Part shown: piece by piece, positions 38,792 through 46,891 of the stretch
Numbering within the stretch: position 1 is the stretch's first letter
Layout of the letters: every line of letters starts with the position of its first letter
Source: Eubacteriales bacterium
GTDB taxonomy: Bacteria > Bacillota > Clostridia > Oscillospirales > CAG-272
NCBI GenBank assembly: GCA_045541375.1
Contig: JAZQJB010000108.1
Coordinates: 4,680 to 68,679 of the forward strand
DNA length: 64,000 nucleotides
Direction: 5' to 3'
Translations under genes and position numbers: made by a program
Notes under the pieces: model-generated
What the model was told of the DNA's origin: nothing
The model's input: only the letters and a program-made list of their open reading frames with translations
Databases searched by the model: none

Positions 38792-39703
38792 ATGCAATAT
38801 CTTAAATCATTTACTTTGCCTACCGATGCGGATGAACTTGATTATTTGTTCGGTACAAGTTCGATGGGCAAACTGACAAAACTCGATATGCAGTGCTATG
38901 CCTCGAATCAGTATCCTTTCGGCATCTTTCCCCATAAAAAGCTCTCGAAGATCGAGTTTGAACCGATAACGATCTTTTATGGCGGCAACGGCTCGGGCAA
39001 ATCGACTCTGCTCAACGTGATCGCGGAGAAGCTGAAACTTGAACGTACTGCGCCGTTTAATAATTCGCCGATAATTGACGATTATCTTAATTTTTGTGAT
39101 TACAGATTAAGCTATGGAACTCCGTATCTCCCCGACGGAAGTTCGATAATCACGAGCGACGGAGTTTTTGATTATCTTCTCGATATCCGCGCGATAAACG
39201 AGGGCATCGACCGCCGCCGTGAGAGCATTCTTGAGGAATACGAAAGCCTTCGCGGCGAACTCACCCACAGCGGCTGGCAGATGAAGAACCTTGAGGATTA
39301 TGAGGAGCTGCGCAAGAGAAACGAGATCAGAAAAGGCACAAAATCGCAGTATGCCGCCCGTCGCCTCGGAAATACCGAATATAGGATGCATTCAAACGGC
39401 GAAAGTGCTTTTGCATATTTCACAAATAAGATTGGCTCAAACGCACTCTATCTTCTCGACGAGCCGGAAAACAGTCTTTCGGCGAAATTACAAAGGGAGC
39501 TTGCTGTATTTCTCGAAGAAGCTGTGAGATTTTACGGCTGTCAGCTCGTTATTTCCACTCACTCGCCTTTTCTACTTTCTCTGCGCGGAGCAAGGATCTA
39601 CGACCTCGACGGCGCCCCCGCTTGCGTAAAGCATTGGAGCGAGCTTGAGAACATCCGCGCTTATTACGATCTTTTCGAGAGCAGAAGGCGCGAATTTGAG
39701 TAA
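38792..39703 (+). CDS. stand-alone ABC/SMC-like AAA ATPase
   Basis: Walker A GGNGSGKST, signature-like SNGES, Walker B LYLLDEPENSLS, H-loop STHSP. No partner gene on either side. Confidence 0.7.
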   Translation: MQYLKSFTLPTDADELDYLFGTSSMGKLTKLDMQCYASNQYPFGIFPHKKLSKIEFEPITIFYGGNGSGKSTLLNVIAEKLKLERTAPFNNSPIIDDYLNFCDYRLSYGTPYLPDGSSIITSDGVFDYLLDIRAINEGIDRRRESILEEYESLRGELTHSGWQMKNLEDYEELRKRNEIRKGTKSQYAARRLGNTEYRMHSNGESAFAYFTNKIGSNALYLLDEPENSLSAKLQRELAVFLEEAVRFYGCQLVISTHSPFLLSLRGARIYDLDGAPACVKHWSELENIRAYYDLFESRRREFE

Positions 39704-39749
39704 AAACAAAAATATTTTCAAAATTCTTCGGTTTTTTTCGATTTACCTA

Positions 39750-39778
39750 TTGACAAATGCTTCAATTTGTGGTATTAT
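39750..39778 (+). promoter_or_regulatory. sigma-A type promoter of the tRNA operon
   Basis: TTGACA at 39750-39755, 17-nt spacer, TATTAT at 39773-39778, about 30 nt before tRNA-Gly. Confidence 0.6.
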
Positions 39779-39809
39779 ATTAGGGCGGTTTTGAAAGAGA
39801 CCGAAATAT

Positions 39810-39883
<74 letters not shown>

Positions 39884-39933
39884 TAGGGACAGAATGAATG
39901 TCATCGGACATTCATTCGTACCCCTGATATGAT

Positions 39934-40010
39934 GCGCCTTTAGCTCAGCCGGATAGAGCAACTGCCTTCTAAGCAGTAGGCCGGGGGTTCGAGTCCCTCA
40001 AGGCGCGCCA
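39934..40010 (+). tRNA. tRNA-Arg (anticodon UCU), CCA encoded
   Basis: Acceptor GCGCCTT/AAGGCGC, D-arm GCTCAGCCGGATAGAGC, anticodon loop CTTCTAA, T-loop GGTTCGAGTCC. Confidence 0.9.
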
Positions 40011-40015
40011 TATAC

Positions 40016-40093
40016 GGTGGGTGTAGCTCAGTTGGTTAGAGCGTCAGGTTGTGGCCCTGAAGGCCGTGGGTTCGAATCCCATCATTCACCCCA
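40016..40093 (+). tRNA. tRNA-His (anticodon GUG) with encoded G-1 and CCA
   Basis: Extra 5' G, acceptor GTGGGTG/CATTCAC (two G-U pairs), anticodon loop TTGTGGC, T-loop GGTTCGAATCC. Confidence 0.85.
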
Positions 40094-40135
40094 TAAAGAA
40101 ACAGCACTTCGCATCGCGAAGTGCTGTTTCTTTAT
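40093..40135 (+). terminator. perfect 20-bp hairpin abutting the tRNA-His CCA (possible operon terminator or processing signal)
   Basis: ATAAAGAAACAGCACTTCGC-atc-GCGAAGTGCTGTTTCTTTAT. There is no clean downstream T-run, so terminator function is uncertain. Confidence 0.45.
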
Positions 40136-40434
40136 GGGGTGAACGCTGCGCTTACGATTCGAACCCACTACAAGTTGCCCCGCAACTTGTTCAGCGTGCG
40201 CGGAGTGCGCATATCAAGTTTCGTAGGCATTTACGCGCACGCATGGGTTCAGAATCCCATCATTCACCCTTCGCATCGCGAAGTGCTGTTTCTTTATGGG
40301 GTGAACGAATCGTTTCACGATTCGAACCCACTATGAGTTGCTCTGCAACTCATATAATTTGCGCGTAGCAGGCATAAAGAAGTTTGCACAAGTTATACGC
40401 GCAAATGTGGGTTCAGAATCCCATCATTCACCCC
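40108..40434. repeat. two tandem diverged ~162-bp units, each bounded by inverted tRNA-His 3'-end-like sequences
   Basis: Unit cores at 40136-40269 and 40298-40434. GGGGTGAACG..CGATTCGAACCCA at the left ends, TGGGTTCAGAATCCCATCATTCACCC(C) at the right ends. The 3' half of the hairpin is duplicated at 40270-40297. Confidence 0.8.
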
Positions 40435-40443
40435 TACCGGGGA

Positions 40444-40516
40444 GATGCCATACATTCTTCGAATGATTCCATACCGCGAAGGCGGATTCCATACGTCCTC
40501 ACGGGCGATTCCATAC
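40444..40516 (+). repeat. four direct GAT(T/G)CCATAC 10-mers at 20-22 bp spacing (iteron or arm-site-like)
   Basis: Copies at 40444-40453, 40465-40474, 40485-40494 and 40507-40516, about 130 bp upstream of the ECF sigma start. Confidence 0.75.
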
Positions 40517-40643
40517 ACAGCGGTGCTGTGATTTGATAGGTGAAAATTTGCCTTGCGAATTTTTTCAATTTTTATGCAACGGAATTATCCAAAATGCAAC
40601 TATATAAGTGAAGGGCTCTTACAAAGACGAAAGGAGGACTGAA

Positions 40644-41201
40644 ATGACGGATGAAAGATTGATTGAAATGTTCCTCTCGCGTGACGAGGGGGCGATCGCG
40701 GCGGCAGAGGAGAAGTACTTGCCGTTCTGCCATTCGGTGCTCTCGAACATTCTGCCGAGCAGGGAAGATCGCGAGGAGTGCATCAACGACGCTATGCTTG
40801 TGCTTTGGAACACCATCCCGCCCGAGAAGCCCGCGAGCTTTTCGGCGTATCTTGCAAAAATTCTCAGGACCATCGCGCTTGAACGCACACGCCGCGAAAA
40901 CGCTTGGAAACGCGGCGGACGAGTGCTCACGGTCGGCGAGGAATTTCTGCGCGATATAACCGACGGCAGAACTCTTGCGGATGACTACGAATCGAGCCAC
41001 GCGGGAAAGATCATCAACGAATTTCTCGAGGGACTGCCGAAGAATGACAGAAAGGTCTTCATTCTGCGCTATTGGTTCGACGAGGACATCTCGCGCATCG
41101 CGGTGCGTATGAATTATACCGAAAGCCGCACGAAATCTTTACTTAAACGCCTGCGCGACAGGCTCAGACTCAAACTCGAAAAGGAGGGAATAGTGGTATG
41201 A
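40644..41201 (+). CDS. ECF-type RNA polymerase sigma-70 family factor
   Basis: ATG 40644 lies 5 nt after AGGAGG. Region 2 (ERLIEMFLSRDEGAIAAAEEKY...) and region 4 HTH (ISRIAVRMNYTESRTKSLLKRLRDRL) are present. Confidence 0.75.
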   Translation: MTDERLIEMFLSRDEGAIAAAEEKYLPFCHSVLSNILPSREDREECINDAMLVLWNTIPPEKPASFSAYLAKILRTIALERTRRENAWKRGGRVLTVGEEFLRDITDGRTLADDYESSHAGKIINEFLEGLPKNDRKVFILRYWFDEDISRIAVRMNYTESRTKSLLKRLRDRLRLKLEKEGIVV

Positions 41202-42490
41202 CTGAAAAATATACCGAAGACAAAAGACTCCTCGGCGCACTTGACTACATTGACGACAAATTTATAGCGGAAGTTACTGATGATTATGAGATCTTTGATT
41301 ACGTCGGCAAACCAACCCGAAAAATGCGTTTACGCATTGCAAGGCAATATCTTGTTTATGCCGCGTGTCTTGTTCTTCTCGCCTGCGCAATGCCTATCGT
41401 AAGCTATATTGTACCGCAGATAGGAGAACTGTTCGGAGGCAACGCAGGGAATGTCGGAGACACTGAAACCCGGGACCTTGACGGTTTCGCAGATATGTCG
41501 GAGCGCGATCTTATTGAGCATATCGGTAAAGTTCCCAAAGAATTTAAAGATATAGTTCAAAATAATGCATTCAAAAGATGCTTTTATTCGGGAGATTACA
41601 TTTTTTCCTTTCCCGCTGACAGCAAAGACAGTGAGATCATAGTATTTGATAAACAATGCGAAGTTGTTGATATTATTAATTCAGAAAACGGAGTCGGCGT
41701 ATTTGGTTCTTACAGAATATATAGGTTATCTGACGGCAATTATGTTAAATTGGGGTCATATAGTTCGTATTATCGGTATATGGCTGACAGTAATACGAGT
41801 GAGCGCAAAGAAACTAAGGCATCCGTCGAAAAAATTACATCTGACGGGAAAACTGTTTTTAAAACGGAATTTGATATCCGAAACGATCTTGATTTTTTTT
41901 GCGAACTTGATGACGGATATGTAATTGCCGGTTGGGAACAAAGGTGGAGCGATACAGAAAACCAAAAGTTTTATATTTATAAACTTGATAAGTCGGGTAA
42001 TATAGTTCACCAGAAAGCGATGAGTGAAGGTATATGTAAAATGGAATGCATTGACGGTGAATTGGTCATTTATACTCGACATAGACAATTTGTCGAAAAA
42101 AAGTTTAAGGATGTATATCGTAAGCAGTATCTTGATGATTCGTTACTAATGAGATCTACCATTGATACTTTAGAACCCCCTGCTGAGTATTTGATCATAG
42201 AAGACTTTATCCCAAATTTCGATGCCGGATATGTTTCTTCGGTTATTTATTACGACGATTTTGTCCTAATTATTTCTGAACACAATACGAAGTGGTTTGA
42301 ATATGTACCGATGGTTTACAGCTCAATTCCGTCATACACCGAAACAGTCTACACAGCTTACACCTACGGCGCTGAAATAATCTGGCGCAGCGCGGTGGAT
42401 TCTACCGACTATGAAAGATTGGCAAAAGTCAAAAAAGAGTATGAAGAAGAACAGGAACGCTTCAAAAAATGGAAAAGTGAAAACGAATAA
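41198..42490 (+). CDS. anti-sigma-like single-pass membrane protein with a large extracytoplasmic domain, function unknown
   Basis: ATGA overlap with the sigma gene. Cytoplasmic N-terminal ~45 aa, TM helix (YLVYAACLVLLACAMPIVSYIV), ~350-aa AT-rich-encoded outer domain. Confidence 0.5.
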   Translation: MTEKYTEDKRLLGALDYIDDKFIAEVTDDYEIFDYVGKPTRKMRLRIARQYLVYAACLVLLACAMPIVSYIVPQIGELFGGNAGNVGDTETRDLDGFADMSERDLIEHIGKVPKEFKDIVQNNAFKRCFYSGDYIFSFPADSKDSEIIVFDKQCEVVDIINSENGVGVFGSYRIYRLSDGNYVKLGSYSSYYRYMADSNTSERKETKASVEKITSDGKTVFKTEFDIRNDLDFFCELDDGYVIAGWEQRWSDTENQKFYIYKLDKSGNIVHQKAMSEGICKMECIDGELVIYTRHRQFVEKKFKDVYRKQYLDDSLLMRSTIDTLEPPAEYLIIEDFIPNFDAGYVSSVIYYDDFVLIISEHNTKWFEYVPMVYSSIPSYTETVYTAYTYGAEIIWRSAVDSTDYERLAKVKKEYEEEQERFKKWKSENE

Positions 42491-42493
42491 AGA

Positions 42494-42523
42494 ATACAGC
42501 CCCTCGAGTACGAGGGGCTGTAT
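42494..42523. terminator. hairpin terminator between convergent genes
   Basis: ATACAGCCCCTCG-agta-CGAGGGGCTGTAT. The T-run is weak. Confidence 0.55.
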
Positions 42524-42541
42524 TGGTTATTTCTGATCAAA

Positions 42542-43765
42542 TTAAGGTTTCTTAACACAAATATTCAGCACAAGCGCGAAGCACGCGAGGCAGAGAAGAA
42601 GCACGAAGGGGGCGACGAATCCGCCGGAAGAGGTACGCAGGCTCGCACAGGCGGTCGCTATGAAGGAAGCGGCAAAAAGATTGAAGTTTACAATGCTGTA
42701 ATTCGTCGCAAAATATTTCTGTCCGTAAAACGCCGAGGCAAACGCCGAGCCGATGGTGGGGCAAGCGCCGTAGCCGAGTCCGACAAGACAAAGACCGACG
42801 ATGCAAACGGGAAGGGATTCGATAACTACCGAAAGAAGCGTAATTCCCGCCGCAACGATAGTCAGAAGGTTCGCCGCGATCATCGTAAATCTTCTACCCT
42901 TTGCGTCAAAGATCGCACCCGTCAGAATTCTTCCGAGTCCGTTGCAAGCTGAAAGCACACCGACAAGCGTTGTCGCAAGCCCCGCGCTCGCACCCGTCGA
43001 GAGTGCAAGATCGCGCGCAAAGCTGATAACCGAATTTCCGACGGCAACAAGGCAGACCATGCAAGTGAATGCAAGCCAGAAGGACACGCGCGAAAGCATC
43101 TGCAGAGGCGACATATCAACGATCTCGAAATTCTCGGCTTTCTTTGCCGCCTTCTTCTTTGCCTCGGGGAATTTGACGTCCGCCGCGGGCTTGCGGAGAA
43201 TAATGCCGGCGATGCAGATCATTGCCGCCATTATGATTCCGAAAAGAAGGAAGGTAGTGCGCCATCCGATAGCCTCGTTTGCGAAAAGCGAGTCGAGCAG
43301 CGAGCCGAAAACGAGCGAGGTCAAACCGAATCCCATCAGCATACAGCCCGAGCAGAAGCCGCGCTTGTCGGGAAACCAGGCATTGACCGAGGATATGATG
43401 ACATTGTAAGCAATTCCGATGCCGAGTCCCGCGAGAACAGCATAGGAAATGTAAAGCATAGCGATCGAGCCCTGCATAAAGGAAGCAATAACAAATCCGC
43501 CGCCCGCAAGCAGACCCGAGAATATAAGCGAAAGATTGGAGCCGAGGAGTTTAGTCAGTCTGCTTCCAAGGAAACCGCCGATGCAGAAGGTGCACATCGT
43601 CAGCGTGAAATTGAGAGCAAGTTCGGTGTTGCCCCAACCGAATTCATCGGCAAGCGGAACTTTGAGAATAGACCAAGCGTAAATGATGCCCGCAAAGGCA
43701 AGGCAGACCGTGCAAATGGCAATATAAAGCCAACGCAGAGAAATATTTGAAGTTTCTTTTTTCAT
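42542..43765 (-). CDS. MFS transporter, oxalate/formate antiporter (OFA)-like
   Basis: 407 aa, 12 hydrophobic segments, central loop with a KK-rich linker, pattern typical of the OFA subfamily. Confidence 0.7.
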   Translation of the reverse strand: MKKETSNISLRWLYIAICTVCLAFAGIIYAWSILKVPLADEFGWGNTELALNFTLTMCTFCIGGFLGSRLTKLLGSNLSLIFSGLLAGGGFVIASFMQGSIAMLYISYAVLAGLGIGIAYNVIISSVNAWFPDKRGFCSGCMLMGFGLTSLVFGSLLDSLFANEAIGWRTTFLLFGIIMAAMICIAGIILRKPAADVKFPEAKKKAAKKAENFEIVDMSPLQMLSRVSFWLAFTCMVCLVAVGNSVISFARDLALSTGASAGLATTLVGVLSACNGLGRILTGAIFDAKGRRFTMIAANLLTIVAAGITLLSVVIESLPVCIVGLCLVGLGYGACPTIGSAFASAFYGQKYFATNYSIVNFNLFAASFIATACASLRTSSGGFVAPFVLLLCLACFALVLNICVKKP

Positions 43766-43798
43766 CTTTAGATCTTCCTGTTGTCAATGTGATACTTT

Positions 43799-43827
43799 AT
43801 TATATCATAAGGCTGAAAAAATGTCAA
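43799..43827 (-). promoter_or_regulatory. sigma-A type promoter for the MFS gene
   Basis: On the minus strand, TTGACA-17 nt-TATAAT with a TGa extension. Confidence 0.5.
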
Positions 43828-43919
43828 TAAAGCTGTTAGCGTTTTGCGGACGATGTGTAAATTTTTTGTGCAAAAACGGTTTATTTTCTCCTATTTTTAT
43901 TATATTATATAATTTAGAC

Positions 43920-43948
43920 TTGACTATTAATTGAAATTATGATAAAAT
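43920..43948 (+). promoter_or_regulatory. candidate sigma-A promoter for the large lipoprotein pair
   Basis: TTGACT at 43920-43925, 17-nt spacer, TGaTAAAAT ending at 43948. Confidence 0.4.
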
Positions 43949-44041
43949 AGTGCGTATATATTTTGCGGAAAGTGAATGCTTTGATTAATTTCTTTTGATA
44001 AATAGATCTTTACCGCTCACAATCAAACCAAGGAGAACAAA

Positions 44042-46879
44042 ATGAAAAGAATCAAGATCCCCACAACACGGGCATTGTCCTTCCTTCTGGCAATGCTCAT
44101 GCTCATCGGACTTTGTCTTACCTCCTGCCAAGGACCCGGCGGTGAGGAAACAACGGCACCGGAATCGTCCGATTCGACCACAGCGGCCCCCGATTCGACG
44201 ACCTCGGCACCCGAGACCACCACTCCCGGCGGAGATGTGGCAAAGGCGCCCTATACGGTCGAGGTAGTCAGCGAGGGCGGACTTAAGCTTAAGGACGTTA
44301 CCGTGCTCATCTATTCGGATGCAAGCCTTACCGTTATGAACGGATATGCAAAGACCGACGAAAACGGTGTGGCATCCTTCAACCTTCCCACAGGCAATAC
44401 AAGCTATCACGCAGTTATAACCGAGATCCCCGAGGGTTACGATCTCGCCGAGAGCTATCCTCTTTCGGGCAGCGAAACAAAGATCACTCTTTCCTCCGAG
44501 CTTATCCCCGAGGGAAGCCTTTCGGGCAAAAAGCTAAAGCTCGGTGACGTTATGCACGATTTCACTGTCAAGACCACCGACGGCGAAAACTTCACCCTTT
44601 CCGAGGCTCTTAAGACCAAGAAAGCGGTACTTATCAACTTCTGGTACATCAACTGCTCCTGGTGTCAGGAGGAGTTCCCCTATATGAACAGCGTATATCA
44701 GCGCTATTCCGATGATATTGCCGTTATCGCCGTCAATCCTTATGCCAGCGATACAGAAAACGCCATCAAGACCTTCAAGGCATCCAACAGCCTTGCTTTC
44801 CCCATGGCGAAGGTAGATACTACACTTGCCGATGCGTTCGGCGTAGCAGCGTATCCCACCTCGGTCGTTATTGACCGCTACGGCACTATTTCCGTTATCG
44901 AGGAGGGCGCGATCATTTCCGAAGCTCCCTTCGTTGCCGCTTTCGAGCATTTTAAGTCTGAAAACTACACCCAGCGCCTTGAACAGTCGCTTCAGGCTTT
45001 CGTTGAGATTCCCAAGCCCGACACGGATATGCCCGATCCCGCAGACGTTGCTGCTGCCGTGAACGGAAAGAACGGCGCGGGCATCACATACCGCGCGGAG
45101 ACCGGCGAAGAATACAAGGATACCATCTGGGATTTCACTCTTACCGAAAAGAACGGACAGAAGTGCCTTGTAAACACCAACCAGGAAGCAGACGGAACAA
45201 GCGCTCTGCTTTACGTTGACGTTGAGCTCAAGGCAGGTCAGGCTCTCAAGTTCGATTATTTCGCATCCTGCGAGCGCGGCGCCGATATGCTCCACGTTAT
45301 TATCGACGACGTTCAGATCTATCAGATCTCGGGCGAGGGCACGGATTGGGAGACCTGCTTCCCCTACGTTGCTATTAAAGACGGTAAATACACAATCGCT
45401 ATCGCTTATATCAAGGATTCCACCGACAGCATTGGTGAGGACAGCGTGTATATCAGAAACTTTGAGATCTGCGATAAGAAAGATGTAAACGTAGCAACTT
45501 ATATCCCCCGCAACTGTGCAACCGAGCGCGTTGCCGACGGTTACGGATACGCAAACTATGTTGACGTGGTATTCAATGAGAAGGACGGCTACTACCACGT
45601 TGGCACAGCAGACGGTCCTCTTCTTCTTGCTAACCTTATGGGTTACAAGACCCCTTTCTCCGAGGCTTCCGTATTTGACCTTGCATATGCAGGTCAGGTA
45701 GTGATCGAGGGTAAGAACTATTACGACGATATAGTTCAGTATTTCAATTATGCTTCAAACGCAACGATCAACGGCGTATGCACGGTTGATAAAACACTTG
45801 CAGAGCTGCTCAAAAAGGTAGCTTTCGCCTGCGGTCTTGAGGTCGAAAACGAGAAGCAGTGGCTTCAGATGTGCTGTTACTATGATGTTTACGGCGGAGC
45901 AGATCAGCTCACTGACCCCATCCAGGGTCTTGCGGCTCATTCCGCGTTTATTGCGGAGATGGGTAAGGATAACGTTGTGACCTACGACCGTATCATTATG
46001 CCCCGAGGCCTTCTTTACAAGTTCGTTCCCGAGGTGTCCGGCGCATACCGCATCACTTCCAACAGCGAATACCTTGTTGAGGCTTGGATATTCAACCGCG
46101 ACAGATCGATCTATTACACGTATGAAACGGGCGAGCGTATGTATGCCGATCCCAATAACTGCTCTATGGTCGTTTATTTCGAGGCGGGCAGAGATTACTA
46201 CATCGATATTGCCTTCTATGATGTATATCAGGAGGGAAGCTTCACCTTCAACATTGAATATATCGCTGAAAAATACGATCATTTCACTCTCGCATCTCCC
46301 GGATATTTCACCTTTATTGAAAGCGACGGCGTGACCATTGGCGAGACCGTTGCGGGCGGTATCGACGTTATCCTCGGCGATGACGGCTACTACCACGAGC
46401 TCCGCAAGGACGGCACAGTCGGCTCCATCGTTTATGCTGACTTTACTCAGTATACCCCTGTATTCGGTTCCACCATCATTCAGATGGTCGCTATGAACGG
46501 CTTTAACTTCAAGTATACCGAAAACGATCTTTACATTATGTATTATCAGCTCGTTTACGGCGATCAAATGAAGGAACAGCTCAAGCTCGAATGGGGTGAG
46601 TTCTATGACGAATATTATCAGACTTATAAGGTTGACGATGTTCTTGCAGGCATCTATCACGGCGGCGGAGAGGATTATTCCGCGGCAATCAACGAATATG
46701 CAAAGCTTGCCGTAGATAATCCCGAGCATCCCGAGCGCAGCGGTTGCGTTCCCGTAGACGCAAAGCTCGCAGAGATCCTTCAGGCTCTTATGAACAAGTA
46801 TACTTTCGATGACGTCGATCATTCCTGGACAAAGGTATGCTACTATTATAAGTATATAGGAGCACCTACCAATCCCTAA
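44042..46879 (+). CDS. large surface lipoprotein with a TlpA/redoxin-like thioredoxin domain (CSWC) and duplicated C-terminal modules of unknown function
   Basis: RBS AAGGAG, lipobox LTSC, S/T/P-rich linker, Ig-like domain. Thioredoxin-fold block KAVLINFWYINCSWCQEEFPYM...AYPTSVVIDRYG. The remaining ~600 aa are unrecognised. Confidence 0.7.
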   Translation: MKRIKIPTTRALSFLLAMLMLIGLCLTSCQGPGGEETTAPESSDSTTAAPDSTTSAPETTTPGGDVAKAPYTVEVVSEGGLKLKDVTVLIYSDASLTVMNGYAKTDENGVASFNLPTGNTSYHAVITEIPEGYDLAESYPLSGSETKITLSSELIPEGSLSGKKLKLGDVMHDFTVKTTDGENFTLSEALKTKKAVLINFWYINCSWCQEEFPYMNSVYQRYSDDIAVIAVNPYASDTENAIKTFKASNSLAFPMAKVDTTLADAFGVAAYPTSVVIDRYGTISVIEEGAIISEAPFVAAFEHFKSENYTQRLEQSLQAFVEIPKPDTDMPDPADVAAAVNGKNGAGITYRAETGEEYKDTIWDFTLTEKNGQKCLVNTNQEADGTSALLYVDVELKAGQALKFDYFASCERGADMLHVIIDDVQIYQISGEGTDWETCFPYVAIKDGKYTIAIAYIKDSTDSIGEDSVYIRNFEICDKKDVNVATYIPRNCATERVADGYGYANYVDVVFNEKDGYYHVGTADGPLLLANLMGYKTPFSEASVFDLAYAGQVVIEGKNYYDDIVQYFNYASNATINGVCTVDKTLAELLKKVAFACGLEVENEKQWLQMCCYYDVYGGADQLTDPIQGLAAHSAFIAEMGKDNVVTYDRIIMPRGLLYKFVPEVSGAYRITSNSEYLVEAWIFNRDRSIYYTYETGERMYADPNNCSMVVYFEAGRDYYIDIAFYDVYQEGSFTFNIEYIAEKYDHFTLASPGYFTFIESDGVTIGETVAGGIDVILGDDGYYHELRKDGTVGSIVYADFTQYTPVFGSTIIQMVAMNGFNFKYTENDLYIMYYQLVYGDQMKEQLKLEWGEFYDEYYQTYKVDDVLAGIYHGGGEDYSAAINEYAKLAVDNPEHPERSGCVPVDAKLAEILQALMNKYTFDDVDHSWTKVCYYYKYIGAPTNP

Positions 46880-46891
46880 AAGGTGACTATT

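Noticed and set aside
40051-40368. Track ORFs 40051-40368 and 40121-40336 across tRNA-His and the downstream repeats.
   Set aside because: They start inside a tRNA gene, lack an RBS, and simply translate the repeated tRNA-like sequence. The region is better explained as non-coding repeats.
40108-40516. Possible CRISPR array, given repeated sequence near tRNA genes.
   Set aside because: There are only two long (~162 bp) diverged units plus four 10-mers. There is no 25-40 bp repeat with unique-spacer periodicity, and no cas genes in the window.
44130-44240. DNA-level repetitiveness in the S/T/P/E/A-rich stretches (also 46990-47125, 1560-1700, 63030-63250), considered as tandem repeats or contingency loci.
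   Set aside because: These are imperfect low-complexity linker-coding regions within intact ORFs. There is no exact unit periodicity that would support slipped-strand switching.
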